From NCBI RefSeq assembly GCF_963506605.1, contig NC_083279.1, forward strand, positions 43,152,001 through 43,216,000: a DNA stretch of 64,000 bases, given 5' to 3'. Made by a program: the position numbers and the translations under genes. The stretch is from Zootoca vivipara (Eukaryota). A model generated the notes under the pieces. It did not search any database. It was not told where the DNA came from and worked only from the letters and a program-made list of their open reading frames with translations. This document shows positions 37,284-48,603 of this stretch, in pieces; the first letter of the stretch is position 1, and the number at the start of each line of letters is the position of its first letter.

Positions 37284-37729
37284 TTTTGCACTCCACCCCA
37301 ATCTCTGAGTGGTGCAATATTTCATGGGTCTCAAGCACTTACCCAGGGTTCATGTTTCCTTTGGAATGAAGCAAAGCAGAGACACTGCTGTCTTTTTGAT
37401 ATATGATTTATTTACACACACACACAAACACACATCCTGAGCCTACAGTGGAGGAATTCACAAAATTAACACCTCAAGAGGGCTTTTCTTCTTCCATGGC
37501 TGCAGCTTAGAATTCAGAGAGAAATCAAACATCATTCTGACTCTTTCTCCATCCTACTCCATTCGCTTCTAGCTCACCTCACTGCAAACTCTCTGCCCTC
37601 AACTCTGACATTGTCCTTCTAACCTCATCAGGAAGCTAGCCTTGCCTATATTTTAACACTTGCTGGATCCAGGGGTTAGAAGGGTGTCAGCATACCGCCT
37701 ACTCCCCCGCCCCCTGCAAACTCATAACA
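37284..37729 (-). mobile_element. Probable solo LTR, sense to DMD
   Basis: Minus strand starts TGTTATG, AATAAA at 37407-37412, degenerate end GTGCAAAA; flanks ACAT / CCAT (4-bp TSD with 1 mismatch). Confidence 0.5.
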
Positions 37730-39196
37730 CCATGTTGACCATTTATGAAGAGAGGAAGCTTAGTAGGCTGCCCTGTATTTTGTTAATCTTTGCACCAGAC
37801 ACAAACCAGAACAGGTAGTGTGGTGTGACAAACAGGTTGGTCAGTAACAAAACGAATATTTTCAGCAAACTACAAATGGAGGGCTTCTTTATACATATTT
37901 TCAGGGCATACATATTGAAATGTAAATGTAATGTTCTGTGTGAAATGTAACACTTGAATGCAACCAAGTTGTGTATTACACAGGTACAACTGATCAGAAA
38001 GCTAAACCACAACTAAACCTTGGCTATAGTTTGTGGTTAGTGAGGAGAGAGCATAGTTATGACAGCTTAATACACTAAGCAAAACTTTAGCTTTTGCCGA
38101 AATATATGAATTGTGTTCTGTGTTAATACTGAAGCTTCCAATTTTCAGTGCTAAGCACTCATGCATGAAAAGCATAAAAACTGCTGGTTGCTGACTGAGT
38201 AGATTGAAACCAACTCCAGATTCCCAATGCTTCTCTGTGATTACTTGGAACTTATAATCAATAGGATAGTGTACTATGCAGGGCTATTCCCATAATTATA
38301 TGTTTCTTTAGAACAGAGATGGGGAAACTGTCACCCTCCATATTCCGTTGCGCTTCAGCCACAGCCAACATGACCAATGATTAGGAATAACAGAAATCGT
38401 ATTCAAATAATATCACTACTTCTCAATTCCTGTTTTATAATATGCTTGTATGCAATACGAATCTTCATTTCTTTCCCTATTTTTTAAAAAACTAAAAATT
38501 ATATAAATGTCCTCTAATTTTATTAATGAACCCTGAACCACTATTTCCTCAATCGAATCTTGCGTAAATTTATGTATAGTACATTTTGTGCAATGGCTTT
38601 TAGATTCTATACAAGTTTCACAACTTCAGGTACCTTATCTCACCTAACTGTTCTTTTCACATTTATTAGGTGGGCACTGGGATTGGAAGTTCCAATAAAC
38701 AGTTCACTGGTGCTGAGCTAGGCACAATTCATGTTGGGGAAAGTGTATATGTGGACAACTTTGATAAGGCAAAATTTCCCAACGTCTGCTGTAGCTGTAT
38801 CACCAGCTTTTGGAGCTGTAGATGCTGTGGTTACATGCAAGTGGCCCTTGACCTCCTGTTAAAAGCCTAGCTAGGTGGAAAAGGCTCTGAAAGAGAGCCA
38901 CTACATGCCAGAATATATAATACTGGACTAGACAAAACAATAGTCTAACTCAATATGCAGCAGTTTCATAATTCCATATGTTAACTTTTGTTTTTGTGTT
39001 GGGGTATAGACTAAAAGGCAGACTTACTTCAGCTCTCTCAGGCTTCCTGAAGTTGTCACTTCTTTTCTAAATGTCAGTGGTTTAGCCACTTCCTCGCACC
39101 CTTTTTCAAGTACAAATATTGGTGGGTTCAGGTCTAAGCAGCTTTGCCCATTTTCAACTTGCTTTTCTGGCTGCCTCCAAGCAAACTAGATCTTAA

Positions 39197-39524
39197 GGCT
39201 GCATTCCTATGCATATTTACATGGGAGTGAATCTGATTGAGCACAATGGGAGTTACTTAAGGATAAGCATGCATAAAGGTAAAGGGACCCCTGACCATTA
39301 GGTACAGTTGTGACCGACTCTGGGGTTGTGGCACTCATCTCGTGTTATTGGCCAAGGGAGCCAGCATACAGCTTCTGGGTCATGTGGCCAGCATGACAAA
39401 GCCACTTCTGGCGAACCAGAGCAGCACACAGAAATGCCATTTACCTTCCCGCTGTAGCGGTACCTATTTATCTACTTGCACTTTGACATGCTTTCAAACT
39501 GCTAGGATGCATAGGATTGTGCTG
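39197..39524. repeat. Old ~100-bp palindromic repeat hosting the SINE; related copies near 5557-5632, 11990-12072, 34760-34826, 57330-57416
   Basis: Shared termini GC(A/T)NTCCTATGCA...TAGGATTG/ACTGCAGC and an AAGTCCCATTGAA-like core. Confidence 0.55.
39276..39506 (-). mobile_element. Sauria SINE, 5'-truncated, inserted in an older palindromic element
   Basis: (ACCTTT) tail, homology to 60394-60750; TSD ATGCATA. Confidence 0.92.
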
Positions 39525-39983
39525 TAAGTTGCCCAGTTGGGCTAAAAAAACCCACCTTGTTATGCAGAACTGCCTAATGATTTAGCTAACTGGTCTTAGA
39601 AAAGCTGGCTTTAGGAGAGTTAAAAGAAAAAGTATCAAATATTTACCACACTTATTTTAAACTCTCTCCAACTCTTCCACTGATACAGCTCAGCAACCGT
39701 ACAGACAAACAAAATTGGTGAAAATTATGAGTTTTTGACTCATTCTCACTGCGTTGATCTCACTGAGTTGCAAACATATCAGCATGAAAATTGTGAAAAG
39801 ATTCTTGCACAGAAGCATCAATGTGAATTTGCTTTAAGACAACATGCTGAATAGAAAAGCCGCATGCTAGTTTTACATGTCCCCCATTTTGGTATGACAG
39901 CATGCTTTTTAGTGATACAGAAACAAGCATCACTTCTTTTTTTCCTAGGCAGGAAATTTTTTGATGCTGTGGCTAGTGAAAGC

Positions 39984-40011
39984 AATAATAATAATAATAA
40001 TAATAATAATA
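39984..40011. repeat. (AAT)n microsatellite
   Basis: Direct reading. Confidence 0.9.
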
Positions 40012-40227
40012 TGGGGAACTTTGCTTCTGGAAGGGACAGTTTATTTCACATACACACCCACACAAAGGCACTTCCAATGTTTCAGTTTTTAATTTCCGGG
40101 TATCGCTCCTTTGCCCTTGCTAGCTTCTGCTCTGTAAAACTTGCCCTCAAAAAAACCCGACCATACCCACTTTGTGAAGCTCTCTTTAGCATATACAAGT
40201 AACTCAGCAAGGAGCATGTCCTCCTAC

Positions 40228-40398
40228 CTTTTCACTTTTAATTCTTTCTGATAGGGCTGCAAATCGCTGGTTGAGCTCTGCCAGTTTAGGCTCTATTACT
40301 TTCCTGCAGTGATCTCCACGGTTTGTCATCAAGTCTACTGCCTGGTCACGCACAGAGTCCACCTTTGGACGCATATCATTCAGCTCAGCCTTTAAGCG
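40228..40398 (-). CDS. DMD: Dystrophin exon 37 orthologue (171 nt)
   Basis: RLKAELNDMRPKVDSVRDQAVDLMTNRGDHCRKVIEPKLAELNQRFAALSERIKSEK; TAG acceptor, GTAGGA donor. Confidence 0.98.
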
Positions 40399-41395
40399 CT
40401 ACAGTCCATGAGTAAGAGACAGGGCTTGAAGTTAGTAATAAATGCAGAAAGGAAGGAGGGTGGGAAAGAGAAAGAGAGAGTGTGCAAAGGAATATGGAGC
40501 AAAACCATAATGCAAACATTAGACAAATGCTGGTGGCTAAGCATACAGTTGTGTAGCTCTGAACAGTTCATGCCTAGCTTTTCATATATATATTTTAGGC
40601 TGACAGAAACAGTGAAAAAGAAGATGAATATGCATTTAATAAAGACATAGGAAAAACATCCTGAAAAACTTATTTTCTTCCTCAGCTGATTCCCTGAACA
40701 ACACAAATATGTTTATTTTCAGAATAGCAAGACCCTTTTTTGACCCCCATTTAATAGCAGATACTCACACTGTAGTGCTCCCATTCAGGGTACTCTGATT
40801 TCATTCCCCCTCCCACAAAGCCTCTATGCCCCCACCAACAGTCAAGTCAGCATGCTAAGTGTTCATTGGACTGTTTCTTGCCTCCTCCAAAATGTTTAAC
40901 ACCTCCAGGTTTTTTGTACTTGTGCAAACTTTGAGGTTCCTCTAAGACTGATGATACCTTTTTATTGAATGTGGATAACAACAGTAATATAGCCATTTGG
41001 ATCATTACAAACTAGCACTCAGATAACCAAGATCACTATTAGAATACATATGCAGAAAGATTTCATGCTTTCCTCTTGCAAATTTCAGCTCGGTGACAGG
41101 CCACTATCTCTGACCCTCAGCCCACCAATATAATATGGTCTTTTACAGGATTACTGAGATGTTACGTGTTTTGTACATTAAGAAACAAAGCTATAGAAAG
41201 CTTAAGTGTTAATGGTATGCTTAGGAACCAGAAGATATTCTACAGAAGAGATCTCTCACAGTTTCCTTAAGGTATTTAAAATGTATGTTAGTACATCCCT
41301 GTACTTCACTTCCAGTGCTCTTAAAACAGTTTTCCCTCACATCATATTCCATGCTATCATTATCCTACAGAAAAAAATATTTCAGTGTTGTTCTG

Positions 41396-41435
<40 letters not shown>
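41396..41435. repeat. (TG)n(TA)n microsatellite
   Basis: Direct reading. Confidence 0.9.
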
Positions 41436-41436
<1 letters not shown>

Positions 41437-41442
<6 letters not shown>

Positions 41443-41605
41443 TTCTCCGAAAATAAGACACCATCTTATTTTTTTCCCCCTCCAAAAAACACACACACTA
41501 TGGCTATGAACATGTTTTTTCCTCCTCCTGCTGCTGTGGCCGGCATTGCTGCTGTGCCTATTACTATGTCTTATTTTTGAGGTATGGCTTATATTATGAC
41601 TACGT
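41437..41605. mobile_element. Tc1/mariner-type MITE end beside a (TA)n microsatellite, cut by an assembly gap
   Basis: CCGTGTTTCTCCGAAAATAAGAC... with internal GTCTTATTTT inverted motifs. Confidence 0.55.
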
Positions 41606-41733
41606 NNNNNNNNNNNNNNNNNNNNNNNNNNNNNNNNNNNNNNNNNNNNNNNNNNNNNNNNNNNNNNNNNNNNNNNNNNNNNNNNNNNNNNNNNNNNNNN
41701 NNNNNNNNNNNNNNNNNNNNNNNNNNNNNNNNN
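41606..41733. other. Assembly gap
   Basis: Run of N. Confidence 1.
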
Positions 41734-42749
41734 ATCTATCCATCTATATATTATATGCGCACACACATTTAATTATTAAAAACCAATGTAGGTTCAATGC
41801 AAAAGATATCTACATATGAAGAGAAAATGACTATACATTTGTATCAGAGTCTCAAATGGGGGACTCTTGCAGAAAGTCCTGTAACACTCTGGTTACTGCA
41901 AGTGGCTTCAGTTAAATCTATGCTACAAGCCTAGCACTGCAGATGGCTGGAGTGATACTATACTTTCAGCCCAATAATGATCACAATGAGCCAAGAGAGC
42001 CTCATCTGGCTCTATAAAACTGATTAATCTGGCTTGGTTCCTTAGTTTTAGCAAACTGAGCCGTTTTACTTGCTTGGCCAATTGTGAATTATATATAGGC
42101 CTACAAGCCGTCAGCCCTAACAAATTCTCAATTCATATTATTTTTTTTTGAAATCTAACTTTTTTGTGAAAATGTGATTATACTTTGAACTGCTTAGGCT
42201 GTTCCAACTGAGTTCATCCTGCTAAAGGTGTATTTTATCCATCTGAGATCCAATTAGAAAGAGGCATAGAAATTTTCTGGTTCTGATAATGATATATATA
42301 TCTGAAATTGTAGTTTTATCTCAATAAATGAGATCTTTGTTTATTATGAACATTTACCTCTATATTATATGTCTACCGGTACAGCTTTAGCTAGCCCAAG
42401 CGTTGTTGGTGGATTATGCACAAGCTTACAATGATGATGGAATGATACAGAATTTCATACTGACAGTTACACACAGTGTAAGTTTTGAATCATTTAATTT
42501 CACCAGCTGGAAACATGTGTTTTGTGTAACAAGTACTGTTTTGAGACAATTAACCTAATTGTTCATAACCTAATTGTTAGGGACATTTTTTCAGGAAATG
42601 GAACTACTTCCCACCTAAAAGTAAGCTTTTTGTATTTACAAGAATTTACATATTGAAAGCTTTACCTCTGTAAAACAAACCGGATATAAACAAAAGGATT
42701 GTTATTGCTGAGAAACTTTTAGAGACCTGATTCCATGTTTGCACCTTTA

Positions 42750-42900
42750 TTTTTCATCATTATACTTACTGACAGATACCCACTCTTTAGAGGATCTGCC
42801 ACTGGAATTTTAGGAAGCATTTTTTTCATCATTATACTTACTGACAGATACCCACTCTTTAGAGGATCTGCCACTGGAATTTTAGGAAGCATTTTTTTCA
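42750..42900. repeat. Perfect 72-bp tandem duplication
   Basis: CATCATTATACTTACTGACAGATACC... at 42755 and 42827; identical units with TTTTTCA microhomology. Confidence 0.95.
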
Positions 42901-44320
42901 AAAAAGAAAGAAAGACTAACCTGGGCCATACCATCTGGAACAAGCAATTTAAACAACGCTAAGTCTAATTATTACTTACTTTCTAAAATGCTTCTAATGT
43001 CTATGTCTTTTCCATACTAAATATCCTCTTTACAACACAAAACTGCTTGGAGAAATAAATGCATTCATAATTTCCTGTTTAGAGGGAATAACTGAATTTC
43101 TATTCTATTAATACTTAGTGCTGTTTGGTGCAACAGAAGATAGGAAAACATCTTGTGTTTACAAGGGAGTGAATGAATTCCCAATTTCCAGAGCACTTTA
43201 CCAAGAGCAGTGGTTATGGTGATGGTAGTGTTAACATATTAGGAGTCTCTAGGCTGAGAATCAAGTCCAATTCTGACATTACAGGAATGCAGGTTGCCAT
43301 TCCCTCTGCCCCTCTTGTCCATTATCGGATCAGTATGGAAGCAGAAAGCATGAAACCATGATCAGTAAGCTCTAACCCATTTATTATAGCCAGCACTAGA
43401 TATTGAAGACCAGGATGTTCCCACTTCATAAAGGCAGGGGAGCACGAGACACCGAGATTTCTCTCTTGGATCTTTTTATTTCAGATTCTGAAGGAGGCAG
43501 CAAATGGAGCTACACCAATCAGGGTAAAGAAAGCTGGAGGGGAAGGGGGTTAGGAAAAATATTTCTTATACAAATAGCGGAGCACAATTCTTGACGAGCT
43601 ATGAAGACTCAGGCCAGGAATCTTAGAAAGAAGATCTAGAAGTTGTGAAAGTGAGTGAGACTTTGAAGAGATTGAAGTTTGGAAAATATATATTTCCCCC
43701 CCACATCATACTTCAATCAGGTGCTTATAAACCTGATTTATTACCAAGTATAATATTAATTTATATGAAGTACTGCATAATTTGTATGATTATATTTTTG
43801 CAACAGAAGTTACACATACATTTAAGCCATCCTATAATACGCTTTGAAAACATCCCTCTTCAAATGATGAACCACTTCCGCAAAGATAGTATCAAACTGA
43901 AATACAAGGTTGTCAAATGAAATCACTGCTCAGAGAGCTTTGAAGTGACATGAATATATAACAAACAACAATCCTCAGAAGAACAGATATTTGATAAAAG
44001 GAGCAAACTGATAAAAGAAGGCTGGTATTTCATTTTTAAACAGATACAAATGGTATTCAAGAGATACAGGCCTAATAATAAGTGTTCTACTCACCATGAA
44101 ATCCTCAAGCCAATAACTTATTTGGCTTTTGTACTGAATACACTTACCTTCACTATGCTCTATTAAGCAATTTAAAAGCTGTTAGACAGTGCCTTTGTTA
44201 AGAGAAAATGTGTTTTGCTTTTATCTAAAAATATTATTTGAAACCTGTAGGGCAAAAACCCTGGGTATGCACACTATTAGATTTTTATTTTAAAAAATTT
44301 CAGAAAATTGTATTTGTTAC

Positions 44321-44449
44321 CTTAAGAATTTCTTCCCTTTGCTGAGGTTTTTGTGTTTCAGATTCATCCAATAGTATTTCCGCCCGATACATCCAGGTAG
44401 TGATGTTAGCAACATTCTGATCAAAATTCTCCATGTGTCTCTGATATGC
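44321..44449 (-). CDS. DMD: Dystrophin exon 36 orthologue (129 nt)
   Basis: AYQRHMENFDQNVANITTWMYRAEILLDESETQKPQQREEILK; GCAG acceptor, GTAACA donor. Confidence 0.97.
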
Positions 44450-44743
44450 CTGCATATAAAGGGAATAGAACATATTATTAAGTAATTAGTAGCTGAGACA
44501 AAAAGAAAAGAGAATTGGCCAGGGCCATAGAACTGTAAACCAGGTTCCATGAGTGCAGGGGGACTTGTATGGCAAAGTGAAAGGTATTCCAAAAGCAATA
44601 TTTGATAATGTTTGATAATTATTTTGGTGTCCACAAAGCACTTAAAATAATTCTCTGAAAAAAATCAATCACTGGTTCTCATATAAGAAAGAATCATTCT
44701 ATTTTGTGTGTGTGTGTGAGAGAGAGAGAGAACACTGTATGCT

Positions 44744-44958
44744 TAGGGTTGCCATACTCAATAGAGGACAGGACTTCTGTGCCTTTAATTGCCCTGCTCT
44801 CTTTTTAGTCTGGAAACCTTAAAGAGAAACCAGCAGACCCTTTGCTTGGAAATTAAACAAAAGGTCTGCTGGATTCTCTTTAAGGTTTCCAGACTCAAAA
44901 GAGAGCAGGGCAATTAAAGGCACAGAAGTCCTGTCCTCTACTGAGTCTGGCAACCCTA
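44744..44958. mobile_element. Foldback hAT (Tip100-like) MITE, ~100-bp arms
   Basis: TAGGGTTGCCA...TGGCAACCCTA; perfect 8-bp TSD TGTATGCT; arms nearly perfectly complementary around a ~13-nt loop. Confidence 0.95.
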
Positions 44959-46419
44959 TGTATGCTCATATCAAAAACAGTAACAATATCAGAACAGACA
45001 ATTGATGAATTGAATAAAATGATACCAAGAGATAGAAAATTTGTTTCTTCTGATAATTGCTATTGCCAAGACTGAAGAAAAAGAGAAAATACAGCATGGG
45101 TTTATCTTGTCCTGCTGTTTTCCCCTGGAGAAAACCACTCTCAATCAGAACAAACTGCAATTTGGTTTCCCCCCTTGGATTGACATTTGTCTGATTTAGC
45201 ACTAAAGAGCAGGTTTTCTCTGAAAAGGAACATGGCAAGGGGAAAACCACTTGGAGTCATGCTTTCTAAGCACAGCACAAGTGGAAGTGTGAATGAGACC
45301 TATGCCACAGCTCGGGAAGACTGTGTTGCTCAAATAAGACCAATCTGGCAAAGGCTGCTACCTAAAGCACAGTGGTTCATCATATGAGGGCAGCCACACA
45401 GCTTCTAGCAGATCCTGGCATGCCAGTAGGAGTAGCCCATTTAGAAATCATTCCTAGCCTTAAAGATTTTCAGAGTATGGCCACTTTTGTTACTCTTCTG
45501 GAACTGACGTTTTAGAACTGATGTAAGAGAAAAATGTCTGTTGGTGGTTACAATAAAATACAGCTTTTCTTATTTATCTACTTTATTCTAGTGGAAATGA
45601 GACAAATATATAGCCACATTGATTTTTTTTAAATCAATATTTTACTTTCAGATTTTATTTTCAGATTGAGACAGCCAATGTGCATAATGTGTAGGTTTCA
45701 TCATGTTTATAAATAATGCATGAGAAACACACCTTTTGGAATCATAACAGAACATTATAAAAACCTTTTATCTTTGTCTGTAATATGATTGTTATTACAG
45801 TTGAAACAGAATGATGCAGCTATAAGGAGCAAACATCTGCTGTCAAGTAGACTGAACATATGCTAAGTGAAGTTGGCCATATTATTGAACTGCTGTTATA
45901 GTAATAGCAGCAAATTCTAAACATTGCATTGTTGTATTATTTAACTGGCACAATTACCACCTCCCCCCCCCCCGACAAATTGTTTACAATCGCATTTACA
46001 AATTCTGATAAGACAGATATATAGGGACTCAGTCAGCAATAAGTCTATCAAAGCTGGAATTTCAAAGCGCCAACAAAATTGTGGCCATAATGGTAGTGAT
46101 TTTTTTAAAAATGAACAGGGAAGTTCAAATCCCAGCTCAGCCATGAATTTACTGGGTGGGCTTAGGCAAGTTGCTGTATCTTTAACCTTCTGGGCACTAA
46201 TGGCTCATAGCAATAGTGCCAGCTGCTGCAATTAAAAGTAAAAACTGTTATTCTGTGCATACTAAGTTTTAGCATGCCCCTGCAAACTCACAATTCCAGT
46301 TATTTCCAGGCATGAGTGAAACTCAATCTGCAGAGAATTCTTGTATGATATGATTCATTGCGTGGCCACCTCTGCTAATGGCAGTCACAGCTACGGTACA
46401 TTTTTGGAGGGTGAAGTAA

Positions 46420-46726
46420 GGTAAAGGTAAAGGGACCCCTGACCATTAGGTCCAGTTGTGAATGACTCATCTCGCTTTATTGGCTGAGGGAGCCGGCGTA
46501 CAGCTTCCAGGTCATGTGGCCAGCATTACTAAGCTGCTTCTGGCGAACCAGAGCAGCACACGGAAATGCCGTTTACCTTCCCGCCGGAGCGGTACCCATT
46601 TTTCTACTTGCACTTTGACGTGCTTTTGAACTGCTAGGTCGGCAGGAGCTGGGACCAAGCAATGGGAGCTCACCCCAGCGTGGGGATTCGAACCGCCGAC
46701 CTTCTGATCGGCAAGCCCTAGGCTCA
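46420..46726 (-). mobile_element. Sauria SINE, near full length
   Basis: B-box GGTTCGAATCC, (ACCTTT) tail, 9-bp TSD GTGAAGTAA. Confidence 0.95.
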
Positions 46727-47194
46727 GTGAAGTAACAGGGCCTAAAGCCTAACTTCTCTGTGTGTATACAAACATAGCATTTACAATAATAATAAAAAAT
46801 GCTATATACTATACATGCATAATTCAGTTGTAACAATGTTTATAGACGACAGAAAACAAATGCCTTTCTTATTTTTGCATGGTTGTCTTGATTAGCATTA
46901 GCATTGTATGCTTCTTCCTGGTAAACTAATGGGTGGTGAGGAACTTAACAAAAAAACCGATAATGTCATTTAATTACTGGTAATCTCTTATCAACCTTCT
47001 GAATGAGACAGCCATCAGATTTTTTTGGAGAAGGATAGATACTCAGCTAGAAGTAATTGCAGTTTGAATGTCGATAGGAAGGTAGAATGTTGGGAATTTA
47101 GCTGGACTGTAAAAAAGCTGCTAGGGTGTGATGGAGGATTAGCCATTTTGCTGCCTAATAAAGGAATTTGTTTACTTCCATTATGCTCTGCCTA

Positions 47195-47437
47195 CAGTGG
47201 TACCTCTACTTACGAATTTAATGCGTTCTGAACGCACATTCGTAAGTAAAAAAAAAAAAGTAAGTCGAATCCCATAGGAATGCATTGGAGAAAAAATTCG
47301 TAAGTTGAAGCAACCCTATCTAAAAATTCGTAAGTAAAAAAAATCCTATCTAAACCGCATCCAGGATGGCGGACGGAGCTCCGTTCGTAAGTAGAAACAT
47401 TCATAAGTAGTGTTATTCGTAAGTAGAGGTACCACTG
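47195..47437. mobile_element. Tigger-like MITE
   Basis: TA-CAGTGGTACCTCTACTTACGAA ... TTCGTAAGTAGAGGTACCACTG-TA; internal TTCGTAAGT repeats. Confidence 0.92.
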
Positions 47438-47557
47438 TATTTGTAATTGAAATAGATATTCCAAAGACATTCTAGATCTCCATTGCTCTTCTTGCTTCCC
47501 AAACAAGCTATGTAGTGCTATTTCTGGAAACAGAAAGTAACAATATGTAATTCTTAC

Positions 47558-47737
47558 CAGCAACAAGTTAAACCACTCTTCAGCTCGAGAAGTTACTGCA
47601 ATCCAGTTACTACTCAGAAGGCTGAGTTTATCATTCACTATGCTTTCCTTCCCTTTAAGCACTGTCTTCAGCCCTTCTCCCAAATCAGTAATGTTCTTCA
47701 ACTGAAGCTGGCGTTTTTCAATTTCTAGCTGGGTTGC
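47558..47737 (-). CDS. DMD: Dystrophin exon 35 orthologue (180 nt)
   Basis: ATQLEIEKRQLQLKNITDLGEGLKTVLKGKESIVNDKLSLLSSNWIAVTSRAEEWFNLLL; TAG acceptor, GTAAGA donor. Confidence 0.98.
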
Positions 47738-47908
47738 CTATGAAAAGCATGTGCATAATGATTAAATAAGGAAGAAGAGTTAGGAAGAACATATTATGAA
47801 CCAACACTCTTATGTTGCATATTACATTGTTAGAAGCAGAGAGGAAAAGGTCTAGTATATTTCAATATAGACATGCATAATACATCGAAAGTGAAATAAA
47901 TATGTATC

Positions 47909-48419
47909 TGCGACGAAAGTCCTTTACTTCCCGTCTTATTTTACAACCAACTTCTCAAATTATAAAAGAACCAATGGGGATATCCTGAGGTAAAGTACAC
48001 CTCCCACTATCCCATTTATTCTCCCTGTAAACCCCCTATAACACTTAGGGTTTAAAGATAAAATGAGAGTAATCTTCCAGCACAAAACGTGGCCAGGTAC
48101 CTATATAGACTCGGGGCTATAACTAAGACTGTTCCTATGAGTACTCAGATAAGGGTTTCACTTCACTAGAAACTCCCTTACTGTAAAGCTAGCCTCCTTT
48201 CTGAGGTAACTTTATTACCATCCAGAACCTGTCTCCTCCTTTAGCGCCCCCCCCTTTTCTTGGTGCACTCTCAGCCACAAACTGACAGTTTAAAAGAGCT
48301 CGAGACTGCCCTGGGCAGGAAGGAGGATGAAATAAAGCAAGAAACCCTAGGCCTTACTGGAGTAGTACCAGAAGACAAGCCTAAGAATAAGCAATCTCCA
48401 TCTAAATAATGCTGCGGCA
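47909..48419 (-). mobile_element. Probable solo LTR, sense to DMD
   Basis: TG...CA termini (TGCGAC / GCGGCA), flanks TATC / TACC, minus-strand AATAAA at 48015-48020. Confidence 0.45.
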
Positions 48420-48513
48420 TACCATTGCTTTTTCTTCAAGTGTTCACAGAATTGATATTTTGCCTTGCTAAGTTGCCAGGCTCTGTTTGAGAGGTGTTAG
48501 TGACATATCTCTT

Positions 48514-48603
48514 CATAGCTGTCAAGTTCTCCCCTTTTTTAAGGGGAATTCCCTTATGCTGAATAGACTTCCTCGCTAGAAAAGGGAAAACTTAACAGCT
48601 ATG
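48514..48603. mobile_element. 90-bp hAT MITE (CATAGCTGTCAA TIR family)
   Basis: TIR CATAGCTGTCAAGTT / AACTTAACAGCTATG; perfect 8-bp TSD TATCTCTT. Confidence 0.9.

Noticed and set aside
39843-39906. Three GCATG motifs downstream of exon 37 as an RBFOX cluster
   Set aside because: None is the full TGCATG and they are over 300 nt from the exon; compatible with chance
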